Assembly (NCBI GenBank): GCA_965644265.1
Contig: OZ286461.1
Coordinates: forward strand, 95,542,001 to 95,606,000
Length of the DNA: 64,000 nucleotides
Direction of reading: 5' to 3'
Origin: Glycera tridactyla
Lineage: Eukaryota
Shown here in pieces: positions 58,301-61,300 of this stretch. The position numbers and the translations under genes are program-made. The notes beneath the pieces are model-generated. The model was not told the origin of the DNA, did no database searches, and saw only the letters and a list, made by a program, of their open reading frames with translations. The stretch's first letter is position 1, and the number at the start of each line of letters is the position of its first letter.

Positions 58301-61300
58301 TATTGAGACACCCATGAGACAGGAATGCATGCTCTCATTCAAGACTCCTCCTCCTCCTCCATCTCAGGTGAAATGATATGAAAATATTAGAAACTCAAAC
58401 TGCCTGTCCCAGGGTGGTCGAGTCCATCTAGTATTCAGGTTTTGTAGCTCAAGCTAGATATGGAACTATCATGGTGAAGTTTGTCCTTGGATGCTTACAG
58501 TGTAGACAGTCCTCCTGTCCTGCCTGAGGTCTCGGATCAAGGTGATTTCACCGGTAGATGAGTCTAATCCAAAGTAGGTTGGAGCTGGCACTAATCCAGA
58601 TGTCCCGTATACAACTCGTCCAGATAAATCTTCATCCTCCGCCGACACCTGCGAGTGATAGACAACCAAATATTCAGAAATATGTATCATGCAATTAAAT
58701 TTATTCTGAAATATAATGATAATAAGAAAAATACTAATCATAATCATGAGAGTGATGATAGTAACAACAGAATTAATAGAAATCCAGTTCTAAAATGAGA
58801 GCACAAATGAATACAAATGCCATGATTCGAAGATTGAACCTCCATGACGCCAAGTGACTCCCTTCTGCCCAGAAAATTATCAGTTGTGATAACACATCTG
58901 AATGGAACATTTAAAAGAAAAACTACATAGAAATTCATTATACGTCATTCAAATCAATGCTAAATGCATACACCCAGAAGAAAACCCATGACACCCCAGA
59001 CTCAAAAAGGACCTACCTGGTAGATGGAGCTTCCAACTGGTCTGAACTCCGAGATAGAGACTCCGTATGGCACATCGACAAATACTGGTGGGAAGTTCTC
59101 ACGGATGACCTCGACATAGGCCACCGCTGTATCACACTTCTGAGGTATGTTGTCATCACAAGCATCAACATTCAGCTGGAAACGAGCACACAAATATCAT
59201 GAATGTCATCATCTCCATGGCAGTATTGATGGATGGTAACAGCATAAACTTCTGCACAACGAAACATGTGAGTAACAACAAGATGTGTGTGTGGCTTGAA
59301 TTGTATGTGATATGCACTACTGACAGCAGTATGTTATCACATTCAAATCAAACAAATAACAACTCTTGCCAACAAGTTGGAATGAGAAGTTAAAGTGATT
59401 GATTTTTCGATGAATTTCGGTAATTTTATTTGGATTATACAAAATGTGTTAGAATGCCAACAAGCTTCCCGATATGAAATATCAAGAATGTATCATGAGG
59501 ACAATTTTTAGATGTCATCTGCTGAATAATGTCATTTTTTTTATTTGTTCATATATCATACAACATCCTCAGAATCCACTCTCATGTCATTTCCTCTTGT
59601 CAGGGTATAATGATTATCGATCACGTGAACTTACCGTGAATGTGTCATCGACAGTCTCCGAGAGAGGTTTCTTGAGGGAGACCAGACCATTATCAGGATT
59701 GACGTAGAAGACCTGCAGTGCACTGACACTACCGATCAACTCGTACATTACAGCATCCTGCAGAGCAAACAACAAATATTTAAGTCAACAATTCATCAAG
59801 ATATTGTGGTTTCCGCGACATTACTTGGCAATCAAAACATACGTGATGAGAGAAACAGGAGTGTGAAATATCCATCAGAGCTCAAAATGTGTCAATAGTA
59901 GTCATGTGTGAGTTGTTGTTTTATTTACAAAATAATAGACTTTGGCGAACACAACATAAATGTCCAGAAACAGGTAACACATATTAAAACATGTATGGAT
60001 ATGGGATTTCATTCAGTCAATCAGTACAGAACAGATCTGAGTGAAGTTGAAATCTTTGCATTGAACTATTGATAGTATATCATACGAAAAAAAATTGAAT
60101 ACATATTATAAACTGTATTACGATGTCATTCATTCAGATGATGATTGAATGGTGGGGAAATCTTTTGAATTCTGATTTTAGAAATGGAGGCAATTCCAAA
60201 TTCAATTTTTTGTGAGCATTGAACTCAAATATCATTGCGACTACCCATAAATCAAGTGTATTGTTGAGAAAATGGATGCATGTTAGACAAGCATTCACAG
60301 ATGGTAGAGCAGGAAACAAGCATGCCTTCCAGCCAGAAACTTGGCAAAGCACCACCAGAAGCATTCTTACCTCATCTTCATCAGTGGCTGTCAACTGCAG
60401 GACACTGGTTCCAAGTCGATGATTCTCAGTGATGGAGACTGTGTATTCTGGCTGGGAGAAGACTGGGGCCCATTGATTACGGATCACCATGATTGGTACT
60501 GTGGCTGTCGAGACTTGATCCAGGTAGGCCGTATCATACGCAATTATTCGTATCTGTCAACAGGAAGCAAGCTCTTCAAAAACACGATCAGGTAAATATC
60601 TCCAGACTCTCGAGAAGATTCACTTCACTCAGACGAGAGGAACAAATATCAACCCTGTCTACAAGACCCACGGCTGGTCACATTATAAAGTGGTCTTTGT
60701 TGGCAGGTGATCTTGGTTGAGATTACGTGGTGTCGAAAATACATTCACCATTCCAGGTGGTTTCTGTAGGCTGGTAGCTATTGAATAGAGGTGGTATTTG
60801 ACTCTACGTGCTCAGTCAGGACAAGCAAATGAGGGGTAGTTATTGTGTGGAAACATGACTTCACCAATGTTTCAGTAGAGCTGTATTATACCACCATATA
60901 TGGCATTGGTCAGTGAATGATCTTCCTCCCGCAGTCTCTGATTAGTGGAGATTTCTACCCATTTAACACATTTCTGTGGATTTTATCTAACTCACCGTGT
61001 AAAATGATGATTTGAGGTTGTCTGTTTTGAGGTCAGTCATGACACTAATGGCTCCGGATGTCTCGTGAATAGAGAAGAAACTCGGGGACGGATAGTCTCC
61101 AGTAATTTCGAACTTCAGCTCTTCCATCAGATCAGGGTCATGGGCTCGGACCTCAAATATTTCAGAACCAACTGGCAGTGTTTCTGAAATTCGCTGAACA
61201 TTGTATGGTTCACCATCGAAGCGTGGTGCCCGGGTGCTTCTCTCTACTGTGATGTAGATGGTCATCATTGCTACACGTTCTGGAGTTCCCTCGTCACTTG

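Noticed and set aside
58815-58870. tRNA gene or tRNA-SINE head (minus-strand ggttcaatc B-box-like motif)
   Set aside because: No cloverleaf stems or convincing A box.
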